64,000 bases of DNA from Anaeromyxobacter sp. GTDB taxonomy: Bacteria > Myxococcota > Myxococcia > Myxococcales > Anaeromyxobacteraceae. Position 1 is the first letter of the stretch, and every line of letters starts with the position of its first letter. Both the position numbers and the translations under genes were made by a program. Positions 1 through 10,544 of the stretch are shown here, in pieces. The notes beneath the pieces are model-generated. The model was not told where the DNA came from and made no database searches. It saw only the letters and a list, made by a program, of their open reading frames with translations. The stretch covers positions 96,001 to 160,000 of the forward strand of contig JASGJN010000023.1 of assembly GCA_049840735.1 (NCBI GenBank), written 5' to 3'.

Positions 1-729
1 CTCTCCGAGGCCGGGACGGCCCTGTACGACCGCGTCACGCCGCTCCTCCGCTCGATGAAGGACGCCGTGTCAGGGCTCCCGGAGCGAGGCGAGGCGCCGT
101 CGGGTACGCTGAAGGTCACCGCCCCCGTGGACCTGGGGGTGCTCTTCCTCGCCGAGGTGCTGGCCCGCTACGCGTCCCGCTACCCGGGCGTCTCGGTGGA
201 CCTGCACCTCACCGGGCGGGTGGTGGACCTGGTCGGTGAGGGGTTCGACGTCGCGCTGAGGGTCGCGGCGAAGCTGGCGGACTCCACGCTCATCGTCCGG
301 CGAGCGGCGCCGATCCTGTTCCAGCTGTTCGCCTCGCCAACCTACCTGGCGCGGCGGGGGACGCCGCGGACCGCCGAGGAGCTGGAAGCCCACGACTGGG
401 TCGCCTTCCGCGGCGGTCCGCAGAAGCTCCGGGTCGCGCCGGTGCGGGCGCCCGGGGACCGCCCGCCGCGGATCGTCTGCGATGACCTCCTGTTCGTGCG
501 GGACGCCGTGAAGGCGGGCGTCGGGATCGGGCTGCTGCCGACCTTCGTGGCGGAGGGCGACGTGCTGGCCGGCTCGCTGGTCCGGATCCTGCCGAAGTTC
601 GAGCGGACCGCGGGGAGCCTGTACGTGGTCACCCCGTCGGCGAAGCACGTCCCGGCCAAGGTGGTCGCCTTCCGCGACCTGGTCATGGAGCTGCTCCGGA
701 GCAGGACCGGCGCCGCCTCCGGCGCCTGA
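1..729 (+). CDS. LysR-family transcriptional regulator (CrgA/DmlR-like), 5'-truncated by window edge
   Basis: Frame open from base 1 (LSEAGTALYDRV...); substrate-binding domain motifs PSGTLKVTAP, RYPGVSVDL, VDLVGEGFDVALR, GVGIGLLP; HTH lies outside the window. Confidence 0.9.
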   Translation, partial: LSEAGTALYDRVTPLLRSMKDAVSGLPERGEAPSGTLKVTAPVDLGVLFLAEVLARYASRYPGVSVDLHLTGRVVDLVGEGFDVALRVAAKLADSTLIVRRAAPILFQLFASPTYLARRGTPRTAEELEAHDWVAFRGGPQKLRVAPVRAPGDRPPRIVCDDLLFVRDAVKAGVGIGLLPTFVAEGDVLAGSLVRILPKFERTAGSLYVVTPSAKHVPAKVVAFRDLVMELLRSRTGAASGA

Positions 730-825
730 GCGCGGACGCAAGCAGGGCGAGCGCGGCGCAGGAGCGCCGGCTCACCCTGGTCAGGCCGGGAAGTGAACGG
801 GTCGACGCGGTCCTGGGCGGGCGGC

Positions 826-1368
826 TCAGGCGGCGGACGCGGCGGCCTTCTTCACGGCCTCGAGCTCGATGGTGATCTCGACCTTCTCGCCGACGAGCAC
901 GCCGCCCGCCTCGAGCGCGGCGTTCCAGACCAGGCCGTACTCGCGGCGGTCGAGGGAGGCCTTGGCGGCGAAGCCCGCCCGCTCGTTGCCCCACGGGTCC
1001 TTGCCCGTGCCGGCGAACTCGGCCTCGAGGACGACCTCCTTCTTGACGCCGTGGAGCTCGAGGTCGCCGGTGACGCGGTAGCCCTCGCCGGCCTTCTCGA
1101 TCTTCCGCGAGCGGAAGGTGAGCTGCGGGTACTTCGCGACGTCGAGGAAGTCGGCGGAGCGCAGGTGCGCGTCGCGGTCGGCCACCTGCGTGTCGATGGA
1201 CGCGGCGTCGATGGTCACCTCGACCGAGGAGCGGGTCAGGTCCTGGGGGTCGAGCTGGACGGCGCCCGCCCACTTGGCGAAGCGGCCGTGCACCTTGGAG
1301 ATGACCATGTGGCGCACGTGGAAGTGGATGGCGGAGTGGCTGACGTCGATGTCCCAGTGGTTCGTCAT
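826..1368 (-). CDS. yceI: YceI-family (polyisoprenoid-binding) protein
   Basis: MTNHWDIDVSHSAIHFHVRHMVISKVHGRF...RDAHLRSADFLD...KDPWGNERAGF; GAAAGG RBS upstream. Confidence 0.92.
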   Translation of the reverse strand: MTNHWDIDVSHSAIHFHVRHMVISKVHGRFAKWAGAVQLDPQDLTRSSVEVTIDAASIDTQVADRDAHLRSADFLDVAKYPQLTFRSRKIEKAGEGYRVTGDLELHGVKKEVVLEAEFAGTGKDPWGNERAGFAAKASLDRREYGLVWNAALEAGGVLVGEKVEITIELEAVKKAAASAA

Positions 1369-1463
1369 GTTCGGGTCCTTTCTGGTGCCCAGGTCCTGTC
1401 GTCGTTGACGGAGGGAATCTGACGCTGTTCCAGGGCGAGCGCAATGCTGGCTCATGGACTTCT

Positions 1464-1483
1464 CTGTTCCAGTAGCGGAACAG
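1464..1483. promoter_or_regulatory. Palindromic operator, LysR-type T-N11-A
   Basis: CTGTTCC-agtagc-GGAACAG between the divergent yceI and AraC genes; extra half-site CTGTTCCA at 1425-1432. Confidence 0.55.
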
Positions 1484-1617
1484 TCATGGCGCCCGCGCAG
1501 GCGAGGCGAATGGCCTGCAGATCGGGCGGTCCCCCGCGTATGCTCCCCAGACGCATGCGCCGCTCCCGCAGCTTCGTCGCCCTCCGCCGCGCCTCGACCT
1601 CCGCTCCGGTAGACTCG

Positions 1618-2451
1618 ATGACGGCCGCCGTCATCCACTACAGCAGCCACGCCGCGGGCTGGACCGGCGTCTCGGCCGAGGAGGGCCGGGTGCCGAGCTG
1701 GGAGGTGCGGGACGTGACCGCGCCGTTCCTGGCGCTGTCGCTCAACACGGCCGCGGCCCCGCTCCACCTGGAGCGACGCGGCGACGGGGGGCGCTTCCGG
1801 AGCGCGGTGATCCCGGCGGGCGCGATCTGGCTGCAGCCGCCGGGTGAGGTCTTCTCGCACCTGGTCCCGGGGCCGGTGCACTACGGGCTGGTGACCCTCG
1901 ATCCGCGGCGGGTCGCGGAGGCGGCTGGGCTGGACCGGCTGGCGCTCGCGCCGGCGTACGATCTCGAGGACCCGCGCCTGGTGGGGCCGGTGCGCGCGCT
2001 CCTGGCCGAGGCGGAGGGCGGGGCGAAGGCCGGCGCCTTCTACGCCGACTGCCTCCGCGCCGCCATCGGCGCGTTCCTGGCGAGCGCTGGCCGCGGGGCG
2101 CCCCGGGAGCTGCGGCGCGAGCCGGCCCGCCTGGACGGCCGGGCCATCCACCAGCTCCGCGACTACCTCGCCGCGAGCTTCCGCGAGGGACCGAGCCTGG
2201 GGGACATGGCCAGGCGGGTGGGGGTGAGCGAGTCGCAGCTCCTGCGCGCCTTCCGCCGCACCACCGGGGAGACCCCGCACGCCTACCTGATGCGCCTGCG
2301 CCTGGAGGCGGTGCGCGATCGCCTGCAGCGGGGCCGCGGGACGCTCGCCGAGATCGCCGCCGAGCTCGGCTTCGCGGACCAGTCGCACATGACCCGCCTG
2401 TTCCGCCGGCGGTTCGGGCTGACCCCGGGGGCCTTCCGCCGCGGCGCCTGA
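1618..2451 (+). CDS. AraC-family transcriptional regulator
   Basis: C-terminal double HTH (SLGDMARRVGVSESQLLRAFRRTTGETPHAYL...LAEIAAELGFADQSHMTRLFRRRFGLTPGAFR); start uncertain, ORF open from 1444. Confidence 0.88.
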   Translation: MTAAVIHYSSHAAGWTGVSAEEGRVPSWEVRDVTAPFLALSLNTAAAPLHLERRGDGGRFRSAVIPAGAIWLQPPGEVFSHLVPGPVHYGLVTLDPRRVAEAAGLDRLALAPAYDLEDPRLVGPVRALLAEAEGGAKAGAFYADCLRAAIGAFLASAGRGAPRELRREPARLDGRAIHQLRDYLAASFREGPSLGDMARRVGVSESQLLRAFRRTTGETPHAYLMRLRLEAVRDRLQRGRGTLAEIAAELGFADQSHMTRLFRRRFGLTPGAFRRGA

Positions 2452-2466
2452 GCGGCTCGCCCGGCG

Positions 2467-2502
2467 CGCAATTCGTTCCAGGCGGCAGCGGTTTCGTTCA
2501 AG
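2467..2502 (+). promoter_or_regulatory. Putative AraC-type direct-repeat binding site
   Basis: TTCGTTC at 2472 and 2493 (21-bp spacing); TACCTT -10-like hexamer at 2524. Confidence 0.5.
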
Positions 2503-2609
2503 AGCCGCGGGCGGGCGTGCGGCTACCTTCCGCGTGCACGGCCTGCCCGGGCGCGCTCGGCGCGCGGGCGGCGCCGGGCGAAAACCTCACGCCAACGGAA
2601 CCACGGAAC

Positions 2610-3149
2610 ATGAAATCCACTGCCGGTGCATTCGCGATCGTCGCCGCCCTCTGCCTCGCCCCCGCCGCCGCCCACGCGCAGCTCGGCGGGCTGGGCAAGC
2701 TCAAGGACAAGCTCCCCGCCGCGGGCGGCGACAAGGCGGCCTTCGCGGACTCGAAGTCCATCCAGCCCGACGCCTGCATCTCGAACGTCGAGGGGCGGGT
2801 GCGGTCCATCGTCGAGACCTACTACCCCAACTTCAAGAGCAAGGGAGTCTCCTACCTGGGCGACGGACAGCTCTGGTTCATCCGCAAGGACTTCGAGGCC
2901 GCGATGAGCTTCTACACGAGCGGCGCCAGGGGCTACCACGCCAGGGGCATCACCTGCGACGTCGGGCCTGCCCAGGCCAATCCGCGCTACGTGGCGCTCA
3001 AGGCCAAGCTCGACGACGCCGAGGCCAAGGTGAAGGAGATGGAGGCGGCCAAGGGATACGCGTTCGTGAGCTGCGAGGACGACACCATCCTCTTCAAGGA
3101 GCTGAAGACGGGGAAGGCGCTCTCCGCCGACGAGTCGAGCAAGGTATAG
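2610..3149 (+). CDS. Hypothetical secreted protein
   Basis: Sec signal MKSTAGAFAIVAALCLAPAAAHA|Q; strong GC3 codon bias; no recognised domain. Confidence 0.75.
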   Translation: MKSTAGAFAIVAALCLAPAAAHAQLGGLGKLKDKLPAAGGDKAAFADSKSIQPDACISNVEGRVRSIVETYYPNFKSKGVSYLGDGQLWFIRKDFEAAMSFYTSGARGYHARGITCDVGPAQANPRYVALKAKLDDAEAKVKEMEAAKGYAFVSCEDDTILFKELKTGKALSADESSKV

Positions 3150-3198
3150 GCCGTGCGCCGGGGGCCCGCGGGAGACGGCGCCGCAGGCCCCCGGCCGG

Positions 3199-3642
3199 TC
3201 ACCGGCTCGCGGCGAGCTCGAGGAGCCGGGTGTTCCCGGTCTGGTAGAACGCCTGGAGCGTCATCTCGCCGATGCGCCAGCCGCCGGCCCGCCGGACCAG
3301 CCGGAACACGTAGTGCCCGGCCACCACCCACTCCTCACCGCCGGGCGCATCCTTCAGGAAGTGCCAGGCCCGCACGTGGCAGTGCGCGGTGGCCGCGTCG
3401 CCCTCGAGCGTCACGTCGACGGGGCCGAGGAGGTGCTGGGTGACGACCGGCGTGAGGAGCTTCTGCCAGCCGGCGACGAGGGCGTCGGCGGGCCCGAGCT
3501 GCGGGGCGCCGCCGAACAGCGAGGTGTAGTCGGTCCGGACCTGATCGGCGTAGAGGGCGCGCAGCTCGGGCCAGCGCTTGGCGTCGATGGTGTGGGCGAC
3601 GTCGGCCACGGTGGACTGCACCAGCTCACGATCGGTGGACAT
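3199..3642 (-). CDS. SnoaL-like / NTF2-fold protein
   Basis: MSTDRELVQSTVADVAHTIDAKRWPELRALYADQVRTDY...TQHLLG...WVVAGHYVFRLVRRAGGWRI. Confidence 0.85.
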   Translation of the reverse strand: MSTDRELVQSTVADVAHTIDAKRWPELRALYADQVRTDYTSLFGGAPQLGPADALVAGWQKLLTPVVTQHLLGPVDVTLEGDAATAHCHVRAWHFLKDAPGGEEWVVAGHYVFRLVRRAGGWRIGEMTLQAFYQTGNTRLLELAASR

Positions 3643-3671
3643 GGGCCTCTCCGTCTGGAAGGGCGGGCCGC

Positions 3672-4556
3672 TCAGAGGGTGGCTCGCAGGTGCGCCACGG
3701 CGGCCGCAGTCGCGGCCGTGACCGTGGCGGGGTCGTCGTAGAAGTGGAACTGCGTGCCAGGCAGGCTGACCACGTCGTGCGGGACGGTGAGGCCGGCGGC
3801 GAAGCGGGCAGCGCCGCCAGGGGTGGCCGTGCCCGGGCCGGTGATGAGACGCACCGGGACCTTCACCTGCGGGGCCAGCGCGACGGGGTCGAAGCCGAGC
3901 CACTCGGTCCAGGCCATCACGGCGAAGCGGTTGCTCCACTGCGGGACCGCGCCGCGGCGCGGGTTCAGGTAGTAGTCGAGCGCGTCGCCGGGCCAGTACA
4001 TGGCCGCGGTGGCGTCGGTGGCGCTGGCGGCGGGGACATGGCGCACCTCGCCCGTCCGGGCGTGGTGGGCGCGGGCCGCCCTGGCGGCCTTGAGCCGCTC
4101 CGCCACGCCGGCCTCGCCCCCGTAGATCTCGCGCACCAGGGCGGCGTCGTGGAGCCAGGGCGCGACCATGGCCACGGTCCGCACCGCCGGATCGCCGGTC
4201 ACCGCCTGCGCCAGGTAGCCGGCGCTGGCGCAGATGCCGAGCGCGGCCACCCGACCCTCCACGCCGGGCCATCCCGCGAGGAAGGCGGCCGCACTCCGCA
4301 GGTCCTCGACCTTGGCGGCGGCGGACTCGACGTCGCGCGCCGGACCGTCGCTCTCGCCGAAGCCGCGAAAGTCGAAGGTGAGGGCGGTGAAGCCGGCCTC
4401 CGCCAGCCGCGCGGCGTAGACCGCGGGCATCTGCTCCTTGACGGTCAACCAGGAGCCGGTGACCAGCACGCCGGGGCCGGTGGCGCGGCCGGCGGGACCG
4501 AAGAGGCGGCCGACGAGGCGCGCTCCCTGGCTGAAGGAGACGGGGGTGGGGGTCAT
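3672..4556 (-). CDS. Alpha/beta-fold hydrolase
   Basis: TGSWLTVKEQM, FDFRGFGESDG, nucleophile elbow GICASAG (Cys at the nucleophile position). Confidence 0.85.
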   Translation of the reverse strand: MTPTPVSFSQGARLVGRLFGPAGRATGPGVLVTGSWLTVKEQMPAVYAARLAEAGFTALTFDFRGFGESDGPARDVESAAAKVEDLRSAAAFLAGWPGVEGRVAALGICASAGYLAQAVTGDPAVRTVAMVAPWLHDAALVREIYGGEAGVAERLKAARAARAHHARTGEVRHVPAASATDATAAMYWPGDALDYYLNPRRGAVPQWSNRFAVMAWTEWLGFDPVALAPQVKVPVRLITGPGTATPGGAARFAAGLTVPHDVVSLPGTQFHFYDDPATVTAATAAAVAHLRATL

Positions 4557-4562
4557 GTGGCG

Positions 4563-4602
4563 AAGCTAGCGGCGGGACCACCCGGGCGCTTGAACGAAAC
4601 CG
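4563..4602 (-). promoter_or_regulatory. Second copy of the putative AraC site plus -10 element
   Basis: Minus-strand CGGTTTCGTTCAAG (4589-4602) is identical to 2489-2502; TAGCTT follows ~20 nt downstream. Confidence 0.5.
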
Positions 4603-4754
4603 GCGAGCGCCCGAGATGGAAGAATCCGCGCGCACGCGCGCTTCACCGTGGGCCGCCGGCCCCCCGGGGGTCGACCGCCCGGCGAGGCCGCTCCCGCCCG
4701 CCGCCATGGCGGGCGAGAGCGACCCATGGCTCGCGCCGGGCGCGCCGCCGCCGG

Positions 4755-5477
4755 CTAGACCGGCGGTCCGCTCGGGTGGCAGGTGTAGCAGGACCGCCCG
4801 GAGGTGCCGCCCTTGAAGTCGGCGCCGTGGCAGGCCTTGCAGCTCACGCCGCCATCGGTCGAGGCTGCGTGCTGGTGGCCCGCCAGCCAGCCGCCGGCCA
4901 TGCTGTCGTCGTGCGAGAAGCTCACGGCCTCGACGATGCCGTTCACGTGCTCCCCGCCGGCGACGTCCAGGGACCCGTCGTCGTTCATGGTGCCGGGGTG
5001 GCAGCCGGTGCAGTAGGCGGTGGTCACCTGGGGATGCTCGTTGGCGGTGGGGGGCATGCCGTGGCAGGTGCCGCACGCGGCCTGGGCGGCCCCGCCGGGC
5101 CAGGCCGGGGACGTGTTCGAGCCGGCCGAGAGGCCGCCGCCGTGGCAGTAGACGCTGGAGCAGGTCTTGCTCCCGGGGTCGTAGCTCGGGACGAGCCCGC
5201 CGTGGGCGGCCAGGTCCCCGGCGGCGGTCGCGAACGCGACGGAGACCGGCAGCTCGGCGTGGGCCGTGTCGGTGGGCACGACGTGGCACTCGCTGCAGGC
5301 CACGGGGCCGGCGACGGCCCCACCTTGCAGGTGGGCGGCGTGGGCGCCGGTGGCGAGGGCGGTGGTCGCGTGGCAGCTGGTGCAGGAGGTGGAGGCGGAG
5401 TCGTTGCCGTTGCCGCCGCAGCCGGTGGCCAGCAGCGCCACCGCCGCGAGCGGCGCCAGGGGGGTGAGGGTACGCAT
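4755..5477 (-). CDS. Multiheme c-type cytochrome lipoprotein (7 heme motifs; CxxxxCH/CxxCH domain)
   Basis: Lipobox LATG|C; CTSCH, CSECH, CSSVYCH, CGTCH, CTGCH, CKACH, CYTCH. Confidence 0.9.
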   Translation of the reverse strand: MRTLTPLAPLAAVALLATGCGGNGNDSASTSCTSCHATTALATGAHAAHLQGGAVAGPVACSECHVVPTDTAHAELPVSVAFATAAGDLAAHGGLVPSYDPGSKTCSSVYCHGGGLSAGSNTSPAWPGGAAQAACGTCHGMPPTANEHPQVTTAYCTGCHPGTMNDDGSLDVAGGEHVNGIVEAVSFSHDDSMAGGWLAGHQHAASTDGGVSCKACHGADFKGGTSGRSCYTCHPSGPPV

Positions 5478-5554
5478 GAGGAGAAGCCTTTCTCGAAGGG
5501 ACCCAGGTCCGGCGGGACGCGCCCGCCGGACCTGGCGTGCAGGGTTGGACGGCG

Positions 5555-7081
5555 CTACTTCCAGGCGGGCTCGGCGGCCATCTTCGGCCCGGCGATCTGC
5601 GCGAGGACCATCCCGCCCGCCGTGCCGGCGCCCGCCGGGTAGTGGGTGGCGGCGATGTGCGCGCTCGAGGCGCCCACGGCGTAGAGGCCCGGGATGGCCT
5701 CGCCGGACGGCTTGAGCACCTGCGCGCTCGCGTTGATGCGGAGCCCGCCCGTCGAGAGCGTGAACACCGCGGCCTTGCTCGCGACCAGCGCGTGGAACGG
5801 GCCAGCGGCGATGGGCTGGAGCAGGCTGCCCGGCTTGTGGAAGTCCGGGTCCGTGCCGTCCGTCTCGATGTTGGCGTTGTACCTGGTCACCGTGGCCGTG
5901 AGCTTGCCGGTCGGGATCCCCAGCTTCGCCGCCAGCCCCTCGAGCGTCTCGTCCGACACCACCGCGGGGCTCCCCTGCATCGAGCCGGGCAGGGAGGTGA
6001 ACAGCGCGTCGTCCATGACGTAGAAGAGCGTCGGGTAGACGTGGAGCAGCCAGGCGCCGACCTCGACGGCCGAGGCGTCCTCCGAGTAGAGCCGGTCGCC
6101 GGCCGGCGTCACGGCGATGGCCTTGGCCAGGCCCAGGTAGCGGCCGCCTCCGAAGTGGACCGAGGTCGCGTACTCCTCGGCGTGGTTCATGCCCGCCACG
6201 TCGGCGCCGACGGCCTGCGCCATCTGGATGCCCTGGCCCAGGTCGTGCCCGCTGCCGCCCTGGAAGCTGCCCTTCGTGAAGGGCAGCCAGCGCGCCACCA
6301 TCTCCGCGTTGTTGATGAAGCCGCCGGCCGCCACGCAGACCGCGCGATTGGCCTTGTAGAAGACCTCGGCGTCGGAGCCGGCGGGCCGGGCCGCGACCCC
6401 GACCACGCGGCCCGCGTCGTTGACGATGAGGCGGCTGGCGCTGGTCTCGAACACGAGCTGGGCGCCTGCGGCCCGGGCGGCTCCGTCGAGCAGCGGCCAG
6501 AGCGTGGCGGCCCCGCCGGTCACGTTGTGCTGGTGGAGCGGGTGGGAGCCCTGGCCGTAGATCGCGTCGTAGACGGCCTGGTCCTCGCTGTCGCCGGGCA
6601 CGAGCGACTCGACCTCGTACGCTGCCCCGATGCTCACGAGCCAGTCGTACGTCGCCTTGGCGTTGTCGGCGAACGCCCTGAGGATGCTCTCGTCCGCGCC
6701 CTCGCCGGCCGTGAGCTTCAGGAACTCGAAGTACTGGTCGGTGGTCTCCGAGTACCCTGCCGCCAGCTGGGTGGCCGTCCCGCCGCCGAACTGCTGGCCG
6801 CCGCCGTTGACGGCGGACGCGCCGCCGCCGGCCTTGGTGGTCTCGACGATGAGCACCGAGGCGCCCGCCTTGGCGGCGTGGACCGCCGCGGTGGCGGCCG
6901 CGCCACCGAACCCGATGATGACCACGTCCGCCGCAGCGGCCCACTTCGGCTCCTCCCAGCCGGCGCTCGAGCTGGAGTCGTCGCAGCCGGTGAGGAGCGT
7001 CGCGCTCGCGACGGTCCCGCCCAGCACGGCCGCGCCCTGCCGCAGGAAGTGCCTGCGTCCCTGCATCACGTTGTCTGCCAT
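5555..7081 (-). CDS. Tat-exported lipoprotein FAD-dependent oxidoreductase (FAD_binding_2; ketosteroid-dehydrogenase/flavocytochrome-c-like)
   Basis: GRRHFL twin-arginine motif plus LTG|C lipobox; DVVIIGFGGAA Rossmann motif; GGGTATQ, AAGGF, GTDPDFHK, STGGLRIN, IPGLYAVG; GGAG RBS. Confidence 0.88.
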   Translation of the reverse strand: MADNVMQGRRHFLRQGAAVLGGTVASATLLTGCDDSSSSAGWEEPKWAAAADVVIIGFGGAAATAAVHAAKAGASVLIVETTKAGGGASAVNGGGQQFGGGTATQLAAGYSETTDQYFEFLKLTAGEGADESILRAFADNAKATYDWLVSIGAAYEVESLVPGDSEDQAVYDAIYGQGSHPLHQHNVTGGAATLWPLLDGAARAAGAQLVFETSASRLIVNDAGRVVGVAARPAGSDAEVFYKANRAVCVAAGGFINNAEMVARWLPFTKGSFQGGSGHDLGQGIQMAQAVGADVAGMNHAEEYATSVHFGGGRYLGLAKAIAVTPAGDRLYSEDASAVEVGAWLLHVYPTLFYVMDDALFTSLPGSMQGSPAVVSDETLEGLAAKLGIPTGKLTATVTRYNANIETDGTDPDFHKPGSLLQPIAAGPFHALVASKAAVFTLSTGGLRINASAQVLKPSGEAIPGLYAVGASSAHIAATHYPAGAGTAGGMVLAQIAGPKMAAEPAWK

Positions 7082-7216
7082 GTGCACTCCGTCCGTTGAG
7101 AGAACCAGCGGGCGCATGCCAGTGCGCGCGCATCGCCGGTGCGTGACCGGACTGCAACGGAGGGGCCACCCGGACGGGCTGCGGAATCCGCGGGGAACGG
7201 GCCGGAGCGGACGCGC

Positions 7217-7266
7217 GCCGTCCGGGATCACGGACGGCGCGGGGAGCCGCGTCCGGGTCGCCGGAC
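7217..7266. promoter_or_regulatory. Tandem palindromic enhancer-like sites GTCCG-N6-CGGAC
   Basis: Perfect copies at 7220-7235 and 7251-7266 (31 bp apart), upstream of the flavoprotein gene. Confidence 0.6.
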
Positions 7267-7286
7267 ACGGCGGGGCCGATGGGAGG

Positions 7287-8639
<1,353 letters not shown>

Positions 8640-8658
8640 CGGCTTCCCTCCTGTGCGC

Positions 8659-8674
8659 GGCAGGGATCGTGCCC
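8659..8674 (-). promoter_or_regulatory. Putative sigma54 -24/-12 promoter
   Basis: Minus-strand GGGCACGATCCCTGCC (GG-N10-GC); very close to the RBS. Confidence 0.45.
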
Positions 8675-8749
8675 GCCGCGACTGGCGCTCCTTGCATGGC
8701 CCGCGCCCGACCCCCAGGCACGGGAATCCGTTGGACCTGCAGGCCGCGT

Positions 8750-8765
8750 GTCCGGAGAGGCGGAC
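8750..8765. promoter_or_regulatory. GTCCG-N6-CGGAC palindrome
   Basis: GTCCG-gagagg-CGGAC between the kinase and regulator genes. Confidence 0.55.
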
Positions 8766-8786
8766 TCCAGCCGGCCCGAACGCACG

Positions 8787-10076
8787 TCAGGACGGCCCCG
8801 CGGCCGGGAGGCGCACCACGGCCGCCGTCCCGCCGCCCTCGACCGGCTCGTAGGTCAGCTTGCCCCCGTGCAGGTGGAGGGCGTTGCGGGCGTAGAACAC
8901 CCCCAGCCCAGTGCCGTGCTCGCGCCCGGTGACGAACGGTGAGCCGATGTTCCCGATGACCGCCTCCGGGATCCCGGCGCCCCGGTCGATCACGCGCAGG
9001 TCGCAGCCGTCGGCCCCCGCCGAGAGCCGCACCTCGACCCGCCCGCCGGGCGGTGAGGCCTCCACCGCGTTCTTCACCAGGTTGAGGAGCGCCTCCTGGA
9101 GCAGGCGCCGGTCCCCGCTGGTCGCCGCGGCTCCGGTCCGCTCCAGCCGGATCCCGGTGGTGAGCGCCTCGTCGCGCAGGAGGGCGATCACGGCGTCGGT
9201 CAGCGCTGCCAGGTCCACGGGCTCCTTCCGCACGAGCCCCATGGGGCGCCCCGAGGCCAGGCACGCGGAGAGCACGTCCCGCATCCGGTCCACCTCGGAC
9301 TCGACCACCCGCAGCCGCTTCCGCAGCTCCTCGGACTCGACCTCCTGGGCCGAGACCTGCACGATGGTCTTCACCGCGGCGAGCGGGTTCTTGAGCTGGT
9401 GCGACAGGCCGCTGGTGATGAGCTCGAGGTCGCGGGCCCGCGCCAGGGCGCTGGTGGCCAGCTCCTCCCGGGTTCGCGACACCTCGGCGACCGCCTCGTC
9501 CATCGCGGAGCTGAAGAACGACAGGCGATCGGCGCTCGAGAGGAACCCGTTGGCCAGCAGGATGAACGTCCAGATGGCCAGGAACCGGTCAGGCAGCGGC
9601 GGTCCGAACCAGTGGGCTGGCGCGATGGCCATGGCGGCGAGCGCCGCGAGCATCGCCAGGATCCGGGCGATGGAGGTCGGACTCCAGCCCTTGGCGATGA
9701 CGTACCAGATGAGCTGGAGCCCGACGGTGCCGACGATCGGGCTGTGCATCCCGCCCGAGAGCGCCAGCTGGAGCGGGAAGAGGAACAGGATCCAGTCGTA
9801 GTCCAGCCAGCGCCCGCGCCCCGCGCTCCAGCGCAGCTGCGCCACCAGGAACGGGAGCATGGTGGCCAGGCCGGCCACGGCGCGCCACGCCGGAAAGCCC
9901 TGGAGCCAGAGCGCCAGGTTGAAGGCCACCGAGAGCCCATAGGCCCACAGGAAGCGCCAGGCCCGGGTGCGGGCCCACTGGTCCAGACCGCGCGCCTCGG
10001 CGGTCCGCGCGACGGGAGGGGGAGGCGCGGGGAGGTGGCTGGGGGCGGGCGCGATCGGCACCCGGCCATGATGCAT
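8787..10076 (-). CDS. Membrane sensor histidine kinase
   Basis: About six N-terminal hydrophobic segments; H-box LSHQLKNPL; NLVKNAVEA, DRGAGI, GTGLG; start uncertain. Confidence 0.9.
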   Translation of the reverse strand: MHHGRVPIAPAPSHLPAPPPPVARTAEARGLDQWARTRAWRFLWAYGLSVAFNLALWLQGFPAWRAVAGLATMLPFLVAQLRWSAGRGRWLDYDWILFLFPLQLALSGGMHSPIVGTVGLQLIWYVIAKGWSPTSIARILAMLAALAAMAIAPAHWFGPPLPDRFLAIWTFILLANGFLSSADRLSFFSSAMDEAVAEVSRTREELATSALARARDLELITSGLSHQLKNPLAAVKTIVQVSAQEVESEELRKRLRVVESEVDRMRDVLSACLASGRPMGLVRKEPVDLAALTDAVIALLRDEALTTGIRLERTGAAATSGDRRLLQEALLNLVKNAVEASPPGGRVEVRLSAGADGCDLRVIDRGAGIPEAVIGNIGSPFVTGREHGTGLGVFYARNALHLHGGKLTYEPVEGGGTAAVVRLPAAGPS

Positions 10077-10246
10077 GCGGGCGCGGTGGCCGCAACCGAG
10101 GCCGGCGCGGCATGGCGGGAGAGGTGGGAGGCTGCGGAGCGATCCGGATGTCCGGGAAACCGGTCACCATCGCTGCGGCTGTCGCGGAATCCGGCACCTC
10201 ACGTTCCACGCGCCACGCAAGCGGGCGAGATCACGTCGTCACGCCC

Positions 10247-10262
10247 TGGCACGCGCCCTGTA
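10247..10262 (+). promoter_or_regulatory. Putative sigma54 promoter of tatA
   Basis: TGGCACGCGCCCTGTA (-24 element perfect, -12 reads GT); near-match palindromes at 10150-10165 and 10181-10196. Confidence 0.5.
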
Positions 10263-10327
10263 GGAGGCCCCGGTGAACCACGGGGCCGGGCCGGCTGGCC
10301 GCGGTCGACGCGAAAGGAACGTGTCTC

Positions 10328-10516
10328 ATGTTCGGACTCAGGATGCCTGAGCTGCTGCTGATCCTCGCCATCTGCGTGCTCATGTTCGGCGCAAGCAAGC
10401 TGCCGGCCCTGGGCGCCGGGATCGGCAACGGGATCCGCAGCTTCAAGAGGGCCATGGCGGGCGACGGCGAGACGCCGGCAGCGCCGCAGGCCACGCCGGC
10501 CCAGGAGGACGCGTAG
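10328..10516 (+). CDS. tatA: Twin-arginine translocase subunit TatA/E
   Basis: [49 protein letters not shown]. Confidence 0.92.
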   Translation: MFGLRMPELLLILAICVLMFGASKLPALGAGIGNGIRSFKRAMAGDGETPAAPQATPAQEDA

Positions 10517-10544
10517 GACCACGTCGCCACGTCCCGGAGCTTCG

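Noticed and set aside
5555..7081. Fumarate reductase (fccA/frdA) assignment
   Set aside because: Catalytic His/Arg motifs are not present and there are no heme motifs in the chain
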